Below are positions 48,200 through 62,598 of a stretch of DNA of 64,000 nt, piece after piece. The translations under genes and the position numbers were made by a program. The stretch covers positions 1 through 64,000 of the forward strand of contig MCFE01000401.1 of the NCBI GenBank assembly GCA_002104905.1, read 5' to 3'. Each line of letters starts with the position of its first letter. Position 1 is the first letter of the stretch. The stretch is from Basidiobolus meristosporus CBS 931.73 (Eukaryota; Fungi; Basidiobolomycota). Under the pieces are notes generated by a model that saw only the letters and a list, made by a program, of their open reading frames with translations, was not told the DNA's origin and made no database searches.

Positions 48200-49046
48200 T
48201 TTGATATGACTTACTCATAGAAATGGACTTTTCTCATCAATCTCATTGCTACCACTGGATTTCCTTTTGACATATTAGAAGAGATCTACACCAAGTACAG
48301 GAGACCATCTACCCCAATCTACTCAAAGAGATCCCTTGTGAAGCTTTTGTACTATTACAAGAACCATTGTCCCACAAGGTTTCATCCCAGCATTCATGGT
48401 AACAGAAGTCCCAGAAGCTTTCATTTCCTGCTGACAGCAATGGATAACCACCTTGCAGAGGGTATGAATGACTTAGAGCAAGCTTGGTATACTGGGTTCA
48501 GAAGCTCTAATAAACTTCCACATCCCAGAGTGTTTGGCAACAGGTTCCATATTAGTAGTGTTTTTGATACCTTCCCAGTCAGGATAAACAGTCCTTCAAG
48601 AGGGTAGAGGCACTTCTATTCTGGCAAATGCAAGGAACACTGTGAAGTATCAAGCACTGTCTGGCATTGAGGGTAACATCATCTGGTTCAGTAGGCCATT
48701 TGCTGGAAGTCGGCTTGACAAAGAATTCTGGGTAGAGAACCATCCAGAACTCAGTAGAGGGGAGAAATGTATGGCACACCTAGCATATTTAGATGAGGAT
48801 TGTCAGAGGTTAGGATGTATTACAGCTCATAGGAAGCCAAGAAATGGTGTGCTTAGCAGGAAGCAGCAGCTCTACAATGAGATATTTAATCACTTCAGAG
48901 TTGGAGAAGAGTATACATTTGGATTTCTAAAGTGATTCAGCATATCAGCAGGTAAATACAGAGGAAGGTCATATATTGAAGAAAACAGCGGAATAGGTAA
49001 GACAATTAAGTTACTTAACAATGCACAGTATATTCATTCAAAATGA
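48200..49046 (+). pseudogene. DDE_Tnp_4 (Harbinger/ISL2EU/IS5-like) transposase, copy 1
   Basis: DTFPVRIN.PSRG, YSGK.K.HC.K.QALS, HLAYLDE, HRKPRNG.LS..QQLYN....FRVGEEYTFGFLK, YRGR; frameshift and stops present. Confidence 0.8.
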
Positions 49047-50469
49047 CATCCACTGAGAGAAATAGACTTGTTCCATTGTACACTGCCAGAGTGCAGAGTG
49101 CAATCCTCAGTCTCTAAGAGCAATCAGGCACAATATTATAGTTACCAGTAGGCAGCATTGCTCTTTGATGATTTTGTACCATGTGGGACAATCTTGCACA
49201 CTATAGCATAATCTGACATAAGGAGGTTGGCACAAATGATTGCACCCACTTATAATGTTTGCATCATGTGCGCAATTGGATACCTCTATTATAATACATT
49301 AAATCCCATATTGTGATATGTTTCTTCAATATAAATGAATAAATAAATGCTTATTACACTCTAAACTACACTGATACTTACCATTTTGGTTACCATAACT
49401 CCAACTGGATGGTTTCTCAGTGGTTAATTGGTCCAAAAGTATCCTGAAGCTGTCAGCCCCCAATTGGCTACTTGTCCAATACACAAGCTACCTGACTTGC
49501 CATCAAATATTCCATTTTGCCAACTTAGCAAGTAAATCCCTGATCCAAGTGATTGGACAAGATGCCATAGCTAGCACAAAACCAGTCATATAGGTGCAAT
49601 ACAGATCTAGTGGCTGCACTGGTGCTACAGATAATTTATATATATCCAGGATGCTTATTTATAGGGGTTCTGTCACAGATGTGAGACAATCTTAATATTG
49701 CTTATATGAAAATTTAGTGATCACTGATTTGCAATGGCTCAATACAAATTGCAAAAAAAATGTGTTGTTTGAATCATGACAAGTAATAGCAGTTTAATGC
49801 ATTTGCATCATCTTCTCCTAGGCTCTTTTCTCACAAGGACTACTACTGAAGCATTTGGTAGTGATTCACTTTGCACACCTAAACTACTTCCTTGTTGACT
49901 ATCCTCTTAGCTACTGGTGTATTCATAGTAAATAATTTGCCTCCTAGTTGATGAGTGCAATGCTGCAGCTTGGCTGTGCTTAATTGCTCCAGATGATGCT
50001 GCCAAACCAGCCTGCAGTACTACATGTTGGCACATTCTTTGACTTGCCAAAGGCTCTGGTGGTGGAGGCACTTCATGTGCCTCATCATTGGTCAGTTCAC
50101 CAGAAAAAACCTGCTGAAGGTCAGGTGTAATAGCATGTGCACCCTATGAAAAATTATTGAGATGATCCCATCAAAAGGCCATTACAAATTTAAAGCCCTG
50201 TGACTAAGAGGTACTGATCTTGTTGAGACACTGTCCAGAGACCATTGAAAAATAATTGCACCCAGATTTCACAAAAGACTTAGTCAAAATGTTTCATCAC
50301 AACAATGTATAAGTGGATTTTGATTGGTTCCCTGCCAATTTGCTCACTTTCTGATCCCAGACACTCTATTGCCTCCCACATTTGTGTGAGTTGACTGGCT
50401 ATTGCCTCTATTTCACACTCCTTACGTCATGACTCAATCATTTCTCTTACTTTTCATGCATACAAATTG

Positions 50470-52550
50470 ATTTATTTCCATTGAAATTTCAGTTGTACCT
50501 CTATTGCCAAGTGTATTGACCTATACAAGTCTCTATACCCTACACTAACATTGAGCTCAACCCCACACTCACCAAGTACTCCATTATAATCCACCACCCA
50601 ATAAGTATTTCTGCTGTAATGCTCTAATTCCACAACTGTGGTGGGAACCCAACAGCTTTATGCCACTGTTCATTCACTGGTTCCCACACATCCTGATCTT
50701 CAGCCTGCACTGCAAGGTCTAGCTCCTCATCTGCCAGTCTTTGTAATAAGTCCTTGAGATATTCCAGTGCGTTTTCTTGAGCACTGCTCTTGAAGAAGTG
50801 CTGCAACCTCATGGTGTGCCTATTAATGTTCCAAAACTTCACTGAAGGCATTGTGATAATCTTTTGAGCTCTTGACATTGTAGCCTTGTCTGTCAGTGAG
50901 ATCTCTGCTCTGTCAACAATGCAGGCTGTAAAGACTGTGGATGCTGTGGTAGACAAGTTGCCTTTTTCAGCAAACTCATCTACCTAGCTGGAATATAGCT
51001 CAACTGGCTGCGCTTCCAACTCTTGTGAAAACAGTTGTTTTCTTGTTGGTAATTCTTTTGGCTATGATAGGATTCAGTCTGTTCCTGGCTTACGGCATTA
51101 ATTGGCAAGAACTGCAGTTTTTTTTGCATGCCTCCATGTCACAGGCTTGAGTAGACATTTTCCCCTTTACCTTTTCCTTTATTGCTGCCAGATCTTTCAC
51201 TGCAACTTTGTCTGAGTGCTTTTTGTAAAGAACTACATTTTCTCCTGGATAGATTCTGCTCTGACTCATCTGTTTTGCCCTGCTTGTCCCTTGCTGGCAC
51301 TCTTCTGGCAACCTGATATTTCTTTTCAGCTTATTTTGAGCTCTCAACTGTAGTTGTGACAGGCTCCTGTATAAGCAGCTGGATTTTATTGCCACCAGGT
51401 CCTTTACTGCTATTTTGACTAGGTGCCTCTTGAGTGGTACTATGCTTTTCCTTGATAAATGTTGTGCTGGTGCATCCATGTCTGCCTGCTTGTCCCTAAT
51501 TGGCACTCTTCCAGCTGCCTGGTGTCTCTTTGATGCTTGTCTGGAGCTCTTGGCCCCGCTTGTAACAAGCTCTTGAGGAAGCTGCTGGTTTTTAGCCATG
51601 GCACCCTTATTCTTCTGCCTTTGATAGTTTCTGTTATTCTTATGATACTCTCTTAGCATACCAATGCTGGCCCAGAATCTGTTTGCCCGTTTGAATGCAG
51701 GATAATGCTTATGGAGCAAGTCAAGTACATTCTGCTTGGCCTTAAGCTCCTGATGGTCCCATGGTGTGCCAGCCTTAAGCTAATGGCATGCTGAACTTCT
51801 GACAGCCTTGTGTATATTAGCCCACTCTTCATTATAGCATGCAACAACTTCATGGATCTTCAATGTCTTTTGACTTTTAGGCTTTGGTATAAACACCACA
51901 TTGTCTCCCTCCCATGCTGTGGTAGGCTTTTCTGTGGGCTTTATCTATGGGCACTCTTGTTGTGCTTCAAAGACTGTATGGTGTTCCTCTGCTGTTACAT
52001 TGGGAAATGGCTCAATTCTTGGCTGTGGCATTGAGCTACTTGAGTTCCTTCTTTGCAGCAAAGATACTACTTTCTCTAGCTGGGATATTGATTGCTCTAC
52101 ATGTATTATCCACTCATCCTGTTTCTGGACTACTTCCTGATTTCTCTGGGCCATTGCATCTCTCCTATCAGCCACTGCACTTAATTGCTTCATTAATGCT
52201 TCAGTATGAGCTAACAACATACTTACTAATATGGGAGGTGGTGACGTTATAATGGCCACTTGCTGATCTTCTACTGAGGGTACTGCATTTGCTACATTCC
52301 CATCTGCCTGAGCATAACAGTCAGCTTGTGGCTCCAAGGAGGTTCTCAATTGTCACTTGACTGAGAGCCTGAGGAGTCTGCATTATTACCTTCAATGGGC
52401 ACACTGTCCACAGGGTCTTTTTTGGATGTAGCCCTGCTTGTTGCACTAAATATCAAAGCAAGCTGTTGTCCAACCATTCTTCTGTTGCTGTCAGCGGTGG
52501 AGTTTGGTTGAGAACCAAACAACTTTGCTTTATTTTTTAGCGGCATAAAT
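50470..52550 (-). pseudogene. Divergent second gene of the EnSpm-type element (function unknown); boundaries approximate
   Basis: ORF fragments 52346-52546, 51945-52349, 51090-51719 and 50624-50956; homologous fragments recur in copies A, C, D and F. Confidence 0.6.
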
Positions 52551-52768
52551 ATGGAAGTGAGTCAAACCAAAGGAGAAATAGTGTTACATATACATGTGTA
52601 TGTGGTGCCACAACTTTATTTATAATGCTTAATATGGTGGGTCATCATTGAATCTTACATTCATGTAGGTGCAATGTCTCAAATACAAGACTGTCTTAAG
52701 TTCACATGAGTATTGACCAAAAAGTGATATAATAGCGTTACATTGTTGAAGATCAAACTGTTTGCCCC

Positions 52769-55360
52769 ATGAACAAGACTACTTTGACTCAACACCATAG
52801 GAGAAGAGAAAAAAGACCATGTGGCTATTGTGGCATGCCTCTCAGCTATGAATCATGCAGACAGCATAGGAAGTATTACAAGGATCATGGACAGTGTTTT
52901 GCCACCCAAGTCATATTTGACCATTCATTGGTCATTACTGTACCAGCATTATCTTGCCAGCCAGTTGATACTTCTATATTGGCACCTGGCTATCTTTGTC
53001 ACCTTGTGCAAACTGAGTCAGGTGAGTTTGTGATGCCTTTAGGCTCAACTCAGCCTTCTGAATATGGCATGCAGAGTGATAGCTCTGACCAAGAAGGTTC
53101 ACTGATGGATATTGAGCTTATCTCCCCTAATAACAGTACCACATATGAGCCCTGTCAAATCCCTATATGCAATGAGACAACACCCATTGATACAAATGCC
53201 AAGGATACTTTATGGAGCTAAGTTAGTCCAGTAATCCATCTACTGGTGAATGATGTAATGTTGTGGCTAGAGAAGTGGTGTGTTTCCACTAATATCAGTA
53301 ATGGGGGCTTTGAGGATTTATTACTACTTCTTGTCCAAATCATACCGGGATGTAACATACCATGTACCTGGTACAAGTGGACAACCATCATGTGGCTGGC
53401 AACATATGACCCAGAGACTGTCCTGATTCCAGCATATGTTAACAGTTGCATGGCATCCATATCCAAAATGCTAGCATTGCAATGTGTCCAAATTGTCAGG
53501 AATCCACCACTATTGAGGGAAAACATTGGTCACACTCCGGATATATTCCTGTCAAACCCCATCTAAGGAAGCTGATGTAGTCCAACAAATATTGCAAAGC
53601 TATACAATACTGCGCTCAGTATTAATGAAGTGCAAACATATCCAATATATTCAATGGCAAACACTACAAACAGCTAAGAAGCAAGGGCTACTTTGAAGGT
53701 ATGTATGACCATGCCTTTGCTGTAGCACTTGATGGATTCTAATTAAACAAGTACTCTACCAGAAAATCCTGCTGGCCACTGATTCTCATCAATCTGAATC
53801 TACCGCCCATCTTACAATATCAGAGCAATAATCTGATGGTAGTCTCACTGGTATCAGGGCCTAAATCACCATCCAACCTGGATAGCTACCTGTATCCATT
53901 GCTGGATGAATTTTGTATGCTTTCCAGCAGGATAATGGTAAATGGCCATCATGTAAAGTGCACATTATTATCTGCATTGGAGATACCCCAGCCATCAGCA
54001 AGATAGCAGGTTTTTCCGGGCACAATGGATGATATTGATGTCAGATGTGTGAGATCCAGGGGATTCACTCCATAACTCACACACATTATTGTTACGCAAA
54101 CACCAGCACTAAGAACATCATCTTTCCACAGGGAGAATGTCAGAAGTAAGCATGCTATTGCAGCAAAGCTGGCAAGCTATAAGTCATAGGCTGGAATATG
54201 GTATCAATTGGAAACCAGAGATACTTAAGATAGAGGGTATCTGTTGCAGCAAAAGCTTTCCACTGGGAGCAATGCATTTGCTTTTCAACAATATCCCAAT
54301 ACTGATGACCAAGTTGTACATGGGGCATTTAAAGCTAAATGAGTCTTTTGAGATACCGGAGAAATTTGAAAGAATTGGCAAGATATTACAGAGTATTTGC
54401 TACCCTAAGTACTTCTCACGGGCTCCAATTAATATTCATACACATATGCAACAATACAAATGCAAAGACTGGATGAACTGGATGTGTGTTTATTCAAGTG
54501 GTGTTCTGAAGCCATTCCTACGAAGAGTACATCAGAAGCATTGGGAGTCATATGTGGACATTGTAGGAATATTTATCCAGAAGCGGATCACCAATACCAA
54601 CTTGACGCATCTACAGCTGTTGTGTGAGGAGTTTGTGATGTGGCTTGAGCAGCTATACTACAAGCATAAAGCTGAATGCGTAGATCTCTGCTGCTACTGT
54701 ATCCATTCTCTACCCCATCATGCATGGTGTGTGAGGAATATTGGGCCTTGCTTCACCTTTTGGGAGTTTCAAATGGAGCTGATGTGTGGGGAGATAGGAA
54801 GACAAGTCAAGTTGCAGGTACTACCATATCCCAACCTCACCAAGAATACTCCCTTCAGGTATGTTGTGGATGTGATGAGTTGTCACATGGAGGACTGCCA
54901 GAAAGAGTTGGAAGATACTGAGGACAAATGTGCTCATGGAGACACCTATGCCTATGGCATTAAGAAGCTAAGCAGCCCCAATGCATGGGTAATCAGTTAA
55001 GTAATGCAAAGTTGAGTTGGGTGCAACAAGCAACTAATTTTTATCAGGAAAACTCCACCAAGATATGCCAGATTTCTTGTGGTCACAAGCCAACTTCTAC
55101 ACCATTCAATACACAATACACACAAACAAAAGCCAGAGTGCACCTATACAGGGGACTAGAATCCAGCTTGGGGAAGGAGTCTATTGTCTAAATACCAAGA
55201 AGTTCTTTGAGGATATTCAGGAGGTATTCATAGCAGAAGTGGCAACAACCAAGCATATGTTTGCAAGATGTATATGCTACCAGCAGTACAAGGTATATGG
55301 CAACTTTGCAAGTATTACACTAAAAAGCTGTAAAGTTGAGGTGATAGAAGTATGTCAATT
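52769..55360 (+). pseudogene. tnp2 (Transposase_21)/DUF4218-type CACTA transposase, best-preserved copy
   Basis: N-terminal CGYC; ALDGF..WPLILINLNLPP..SGPKSPSNLDSYLYPLLDEF; FPLGAMHLLFNNIP; HSLPHH..IGPCFTFWEFQMELMCG. Confidence 0.85.
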
Positions 55361-55937
55361 GTAGCAGGTGTGCGCATTTGTAGAGGTTAGCAAGCAGCAG
55401 GCCATAGTTTTTTTGTTTCAAACTATATATGGAATACCAAAGGTATTAGTGGGTAAGCAAATAAAGAAAGGTGCTTCTATAGTGGAATATATGAATTGCA
55501 CAATGGGAGGTAGAAAAAGGAATTACCATTTGGTAAATTGATACAGTAGTATTATACAGAACCAGTGGTAGGCTGTCATACTGCTGGTATAATGGCATTA
55601 GAGTCTTGCTGTGAGGCTGTCAAAATATCGTTAAGTTTCTTGTCATATAAGGCAATTGGATATCCTGGCCAACTTGATCCCCTTTAAATAGTTATAGGGC
55701 GCTGAAAGACCACAACAATACCATGCAAATATTGTCACAGCACCAATAAAATATTGTCAAGTTTTATCCCTTTATTTGGCTGTAAAATTAGCAAAACACC
55801 GTCATGATCTTATCATAAGATTGTTAGGAGGGTCACTAATTCCAAGCTGCTGTTGTTATGATGGTCTCTAAATGGGATCTTGTTGGCTGATCCAGATTAG
55901 GTCCACCTGCAGGGCCAAATTATTTTTCATAGGGGCA

Positions 55938-57000
55938 GGTTCAACTTGATGAGCTGGCATTGCCCTTGGCTGAGTTCAGTGTGAGGCCACTTGTTGATGC
56001 AACTTGGCCTGCTCCAATGGACTTGTATATAAATGAGCAGTTTGGCAAGTTCTGGTGGTCTTGCTCTAAAGTGCACATGTTGACCTGACATGTGTTGACT
56101 CAATGCGGGGGTGTTCTTGTCAAGGGTGTTAGCATAGTTTGTACTGGCATGTGCCAGCACACTGAAGTTGCAAGCAATAGTAAGGAATCCAGCAAGATGC
56201 GCTGGTGCCATCCCAATGCTGTTGTTTGTGGGCTGTATTCATCCTCTTGAAGTTCACCTTTGGATTCCCCAGGGTACTCACTTACCCTCTGTCTGATACT
56301 TTGGAACTGCTGCCTGGATGAGTCCTGTGTATATTGCTCTTGGAAGCCACTTAGCTCTACCATTATATCATGTAGTACATTAGTCATTTCAGGCTAAAAC
56401 TCATTCAAAATGTCTTTAGTTCCCAAAGTTGAGGCACAAATGGATGTGTCCAGCCCATACTGAACATATTGCATGCAAAATTGTTCCCATGCAGCTTCCA
56501 TACCAAATCCCCTCACTCTCAGCTTATTCTTGATTTCAACACTTGTCTTGTTGTATATCTTCTTTTATACATCCACTGTCATCTTAATGTGAAGCTCATG
56601 CCACAGCTTTCTACTCAGGTTCTTCTTTCTCTGTCAACTCTCTGAGGTATCTAGTTCTGCTAGATTAATGAGTAGTGCCCAAATATCTGTATGAAGGCTC
56701 ATCATAGACACTTGGGTCATACTAAAATCATTTGGTAAGAACTCAAATGGAACCAGCATCAATTTCTCCAATCCAGACCGTGCTTTTGGGCTGGGGGATA
56801 GGTTTTTTGTGGGTTGTACTCAAGATTAGTTGCAACTTGGTATAGGGACCATAGTGACAGATTTGGATACTTATACAGTAGTGTATTGGGATCAACCCGG
56901 TCTTATATGATGAATATATGAAAAGTAATGTGATTGCTGAATTTTCCATATATTATACATGATGCATCTTGGATTGCATTGACACAGATTGCATCACATC
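55938..57000 (-). pseudogene. Unknown second ORF of element H (decayed); boundaries approximate
   Basis: LHDIMVELSGFQEQYTQDSSRQQFQSIRQR recurs at 46510-46692 (-) and 25665-26165 (+). Confidence 0.55.
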
Positions 57001-57229
57001 AGTTGCAGATCTCCTATTTGATTATTGACTTGTGACTAAAGCATCAATAAAAATACTAAGTCATTGTTTGAGGATGATTTTTGCAACATAATGATGGGAT
57101 ACATGGCAATTGATGGAGATTTAATCTTAATGCATAGAAAATCAAACAAATAAAGCCAATTGCACTAAATCAATTCAGATCACCTTGGCATAATCACCAA
57201 TGCATTTTAATATGACTTACTGCTCTGAA

Positions 57230-57915
57230 TGATCTTTTCTTGTCCATCCCATCACTACCACTGGATTTCCTTTTGACACACCAGAAGAGATCTATACCAA
57301 GTACTGTGGACCATATACCCCAATCTTCTCAAGGAGACCCCTTGTTAAGCTTCTTGGCTATTACAAGAAGTATTGTCCAACAAGGTTTTATCCCACCATC
57401 CAGGGCAACAAAAGTCCTAGAAGCTTTTATTCCCAGCTGACAGAAATGGAGAACCACCTTGCAGAGGGTATGAATGACTTAGAGCAAGCTTGGAATACTA
57501 GATTCAGAAGCTCCAGTACACTTCCACATCCCAGAGTGTTCAGCAACAGGTTCCATATCCGGACTATCTTGGATACTTTCCCAGTGAGGATTAACAGACC
57601 TTCTAGAGGGCAGAGGTACTTTTATTCTGGCAAGTACAAGGCACACTGTGTGAAGTTTCAAGCTCTGTCTGACATTGAGGGTAACATCATCTGGTTTAGT
57701 GAGCCATTTGCTAGAAGTAGGCATGGCAATGCACCCTGGGTAGAGAATCATTTAGAAATCAGTAGAGGGGGGAAATATATGGCAGACTTAGCTTATATGG
57801 GAGAGGATTGTCAGATTAGGATGCAATACTGCTAATGGGGAGCCAAGGAATGGTGTGCTTAGCAGGAAGCAGAAGCTCTACAATGAGATATATAATCATT
57901 TCAGAGTGAGAGTTG
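57230..57915 (+). pseudogene. DDE_Tnp_4 (Harbinger/ISL2EU-like) transposase, copy 2, interrupted by Copia-D
   Basis: ORF 57446-57835: LDTFPVRINRPSRGQRYFYSGKYKAHCVKFQALSD...MADLAYMGE; tail resumes at 62604. Confidence 0.82.
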
Positions 57916-60900
57916 TGTTTTAAGAGTCTTGGAGATATTGGAAGTGATTTGGAGAACAAGTAGATTATGTGGTTTTCACTTAATGATTTATTGAATGTAA
58001 AAGTAGTAATTATACTTTTACCTGGTCTTGGCATTAAAAAAATGTAGAATAGGCTAAGGAAGGTCCCAAGAACATGTGTGCAAAGTTTGGGCTGTTTGGA
58101 CAACTTTGAGAATTTTCATGTTCTGGGTACCTGGTATTTTGGTAAAAATATTCCAAGTAAATCCCAACAAGGAATTTGGTCAGTATTCTCTAGGATTTGA
58201 AGGTAATGATCTAAGTGACTAAGTTAGGTGAATATTTAGGTGGAAATACGAACTTTACAACACTCCCACTCAGCTAAATGTTCATACTGACTAGTCCTAT
58301 TTTTGACCTAAGATATTCAAACTTGTCTCTAGCTAATGGTTTGGTAAATATGTTTGCAATCATTTCATCTGTTGGACAGTAAACTAAGCTAACTAAGTTA
58401 TTCTCTATAGCTTCTTGTATGAAATGATGTCTGATATCTATGTGCTTGGTTCTAGCATGAAAAGTTGGATTTCTACCTAATTGTATACATCCTTGATTAT
58501 CTTGAAATAAAGTAATAGGCATTTTTTGACATAGGCCTAAATCTGTAAGCAGCTTTGTTAACCACATTGCTTCTTTTGTAGCCTCACAGGCTGCCATATA
58601 CTCTGCCTCTGTGGTGGAAAGTGCTACGGTTGGTTGCTTTCTTTAATTCCATGATATTGCTCCTTTGCAGTAAAGAAAGGTGTATCCTGTGGTGGATCTT
58701 CTGTCTTCTAAATTTTGTCCCCAATCAGCATCAGAGTATCCCACAAGATCCTGTTCTGAATCCTTATAAGTATATCTTAAGCAGATATCAGCAGTTCCTT
58801 TTAGGTATCTAAAAATCCACTTAACTGCTGCAATATGATCAGATCTATAGTTCTGATTATATTGGCTGATAACTCCCACTGAATATGAGATATCTGGACG
58901 TGTTCCAAGCATGATATACATCAGACTACCGACCATAGATTGATAAGGAAAGTCAGGGCTTTCAGATGGCACCAAGCTCTCTTGATTTGGTTGGGTTTTG
59001 ACCAAGTTAAGGTTTGTCTCCATTGGGGTAGCTGCCGGTTTACAGTCTTCCATTTTGTACTTCTTTAGTATATCTTGAATATACTTGGATTGACTTAGGA
59101 TGATAGTCTGGGTACTTCTGTCTATGGAGAACTTAATTCCTAAGTAGTAACTAAGTTCTCCTAGATTGGACATCTTGAACTCCTTAGATAGGCTGGATTT
59201 AGTCTCTTCCAATGTTTCTAGGTTATTGGCAGCTATAATAAGATCATCCACATATAGAGCTAATAGAACTGGATTTCCTCTATCTGGCTTATAGTATATA
59301 CTATAGTCAGCATTACTTCTTTTGAAACTCAAAGATTCCAAATAAGAATCTATCTTGCAATTCCAGGCTCTTGGTGATTGTTTGAGACCATATAGTGACT
59401 TTTTAAGTTTGCAGACCAAATGGGGGTTATCTTGGTCAACAAACCCATCAGGCTGGTCCATATACACGTCCTCATCAAGTTCTCCATTCAAAAATGCAGT
59501 TTTTACATCCATTTGATGAATAAAAAACTTATATTTTGCTGCAATAGCCAAAATTAATCTGATGGAATTAAACTTGGCTACCAGTGCAAAGGTCTCAGTA
59601 TAGTCAAGTCCTTTTGTTTGAGAATATCCTTTGGCTACAAGTCTTGCTTTGTATCTCTTAATTGTACCATCAGCCTTGTATTTTGTCTTTAAGACCCATC
59701 TGCATCCAATTGGTTTTTGGTTGATTAGTAATTTGACTAAGTCCCAAGTTTGATTTTCCATCAGGGCCTGATATTCCTCAGTCATTGCAGATCTCCAAAA
59801 CTTTGTCTGAGGGCTATTTAAGGCCTCTTTTACAGTCTAGGGCTCATTAATATGGACTGAATAGGCATAGGCTAAGTTTGTACCCTCATTGATATAGTAA
59901 TTTGGGCTATTTCTTGTCCAATTGGATCTCCAGGCATTTGATACTGGAATGATCACTTCTGGGATATTCCTGGGCACTAATTCTGGCTGAACCACGGTTG
60001 CAGAGTTTGCTGGAGTGAAAAAATTTTCATTGTTTTGCTCTGATTCAATCCTGAAAGTTGGTGGACTTGAGATCAAATTTTTGTCATCATCTGATGTCAT
60101 TTTTTGTGAAAATTTTGAATTTTCATCAAACAACACATCCCTGGACTTGATCAGCTTCTTTGCTTTGGTATTGTAGAGTCTGTATGTCTTACTCTCATTG
60201 CAGTAGCCCAAAAATATGCATTTTACACTTTTTGGCTCAAATTTTGACTGATTTCCGGCCAGTTTTTTGGCATATGCTGTACACCCAAATATTCTTAGAT
60301 GTTCTGCACTTGGTCTGTACCCATACCATGCTTCAAATGGAGTAGAATCACAAAGTATTTGGTTATAACTCCTATTTTTAAGATATACAGCAGTGGCAAC
60401 TGATTCCACCCAAAAATCATAGGATAATTTTTGATTATGTATAATAGATCTTACCTTATCAATTATTGATCTGCTTACACATTCTGCTACTTCATTTTGC
60501 TGTGGGGAGTATGGTACAGTAGTCTCTTGCTTTATCACATGAATTTTGCAAAAGTGGATGAAGAGTTTTGAGGTATATTCTTCACTATTGTCAGAGCATA
60601 TTTTCTCAATTTTATCACCAGTTTCTCTCTCCACCATGGCTTTAAACTCCCTGAACTTAGACAGAGCTTCTTCCTTTCTCTCCATGAAGTAGACCCATGT
60701 GTATCTTGTATAATCATCAATAATAGTGATTAAATACTTCATCCCAACTAAGGATAAATTTTGCATAGGTCCACACAGATCTGAGTGAATTAGTTCTAAT
60801 TTTTTCTTAGTTTTGATTAACCCAGAGCTCTTGAACGGTTGTCTGGCTTGTTTCCCATATATGCAGGCTTCACAGTGCTCCATATTAGCTGGGGGATCAG

Positions 60901-62598
60901 TTTTTACTCCAGAAACTAGCTGATCTTTGATCATTTCACGCAAATAATCAAGATTGATGTGTCCAAATCTCCTGTGCCAAAGCATTGGTGTTTCTTCATT
61001 TAAGTTACTTAAACTGGCCTCCAAATATGATGGAATGTAAGTCAACTTGTATAGATTCTGATCTCTGATGCCCAAAGCAATATGCGCACCATCTTGATCA
61101 GTGATCTTGCATCCGGAATTGTCAGAACTGAAACTGAGTCCTTCTGCTGTGGCCTTGCTTACAGAGAGTAGGTTCTTTGCTATTTCTGGTACCTAGAGTT
61201 CTTCTTTGAAGGTCAGTGTATGTCTTCCTTCATTGTTTCTTAGGTTTACTGGGATAGTTCCTTCTCCCACTGCATCAAGTGTTCTATTGTCACCCATGAA
61301 AACCTTCTTAATTGGAATTTCTTGATATTGGGTAAAAAGTTCTTTTTGGTGTGTAAAGTGTTGAGAAGCTCCAGAGTCAATATACCATGTCTGAGAATCC
61401 TTGTTTGTGATCATATTTAGTGCAGATATTAATACTCTATCTTCAGTTGTTGTAGCATTTCCATATTCAGGCTTCTTTTGCTGATTATCCTTCTTTTTGA
61501 GATACCGGTCTGATATGTGTCCTTTCCTTTTGCAGTAGTTGCAAAATAGGTTGCTGTTGCCTTTGTAGGGTCTTGGGTACCTCCTTTGTTGGCTATCATT
61601 GCTTATTAAAGCATTTTCTTCATCCTTCTTATTGGCGCTTGATTTTCTTAATTTGTCATCCTGGAGCCTTCCATATATGTAATTTAAGGTCAAATCTTCA
61701 GTTCTGGACTCTAGGGCTGATACAAAGCCCTGAGACTTGTCTGTCAGGCTATTCAGGATGGTAACTATCACATCCTCATCAGTAGTTTGTATGCCCACAG
61801 ATTCCATCTCATCTACCAGCAGGGTAATTCTGTTAATTAGATTTTTCATTTATTCTCCTGGCAGCATCTTTGTAGTAAAGAATTTTTGTCTCAGATACAT
61901 TTTCTTGGCAGCTAAACATGACTGGTAGGTGTCTTCTAATACTTTCCAGGCATTCTTTGCCGCTTTTGCTCTTGAGCATTGAATTAGCAATTTGTCCTTG
62001 ACATTAAGGCAAATGCAGTTAAAGGCACTTTGTTCTTTCTTCTGGTACTTTCAGGCTTCCTCTCCCACATTTTTAGGAGGGCATTCTTCTCCCATGACAA
62101 TATCCTAAAGGGCTCTTTCTTGTATCAGCATCTTCATCTTCACCTTCCACACTTGGTAGTTAGTTCCATCCAACTTTTAAGCGGAGGGAAAAATTCCAGT
62201 AATAGCAGTAGTAGACATTGCAGAGAGTGACAGCTTGGGGCTCATAACCTGTTGTAAGAGTCTTGGAGAAATTGGAAGTGACTTGGAGAACAAGTAGATT
62301 ATGTGGTTTTCACTTAATGATATATGGAATGTAAAAGTAGTGTTTATATTTTTGCCTGGTCTTGGCATTACAAACATATAGAATAGGTGAAGGAAGGTCC
62401 CAACAACATGTGTGCAAAGCTTGAGGCTGTTTGGACAACTTTGAGAATTTTCATGTTCTGGGTACCTGGTATTTTGGTGAAAATATTCAAAGTAAATCCC
62501 AATAAGGAATTTGGTCAGTATTCTCTATGATTTAAAGGTAATGACCTAAGTGACTAAGTTAGATGAATATTTAGGTGGAAATACAAATTTTTACAACA
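57916..62598 (-). mobile_element. Ty1/copia family D element, full length, disrupted
   Basis: LTRs 57916-58262 and 62250-62598; TSD AGTTG; PBS GGTTATGAGCCCC; PPT GAGTGGGAG. Confidence 0.95.
58274..62218 (-). pseudogene. Copia-D gag-pol with stops and frameshifts
   Basis: Fragments 61193-61849 (gag/PR), 59837-61075 (integrase), 58643-59785 (RT, YVDDL), 58274-58597 (RNase H, KHIDIRHH). Confidence 0.93.

Larger units (their letters stand above)
44985..49062 (+). mobile_element. Element H copy 1 (second ORF on -, DDE transposase on +; left end lost; contains a solo LTR-A and a MITE)
   Basis: Collinear with 49900-50141 plus 55938-57915. Confidence 0.75.
50142..55934 (+). mobile_element. Structurally complete CACTA/EnSpm-type DNA transposon copy E (5793 bp, decayed ORFs)
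   Basis: TIRs CCCTATGAAAAAT / ATTTTTCATAGGG; 3-bp TSD GCA (50139-50141, 55935-55937); empty site at ~45160. Confidence 0.88.
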
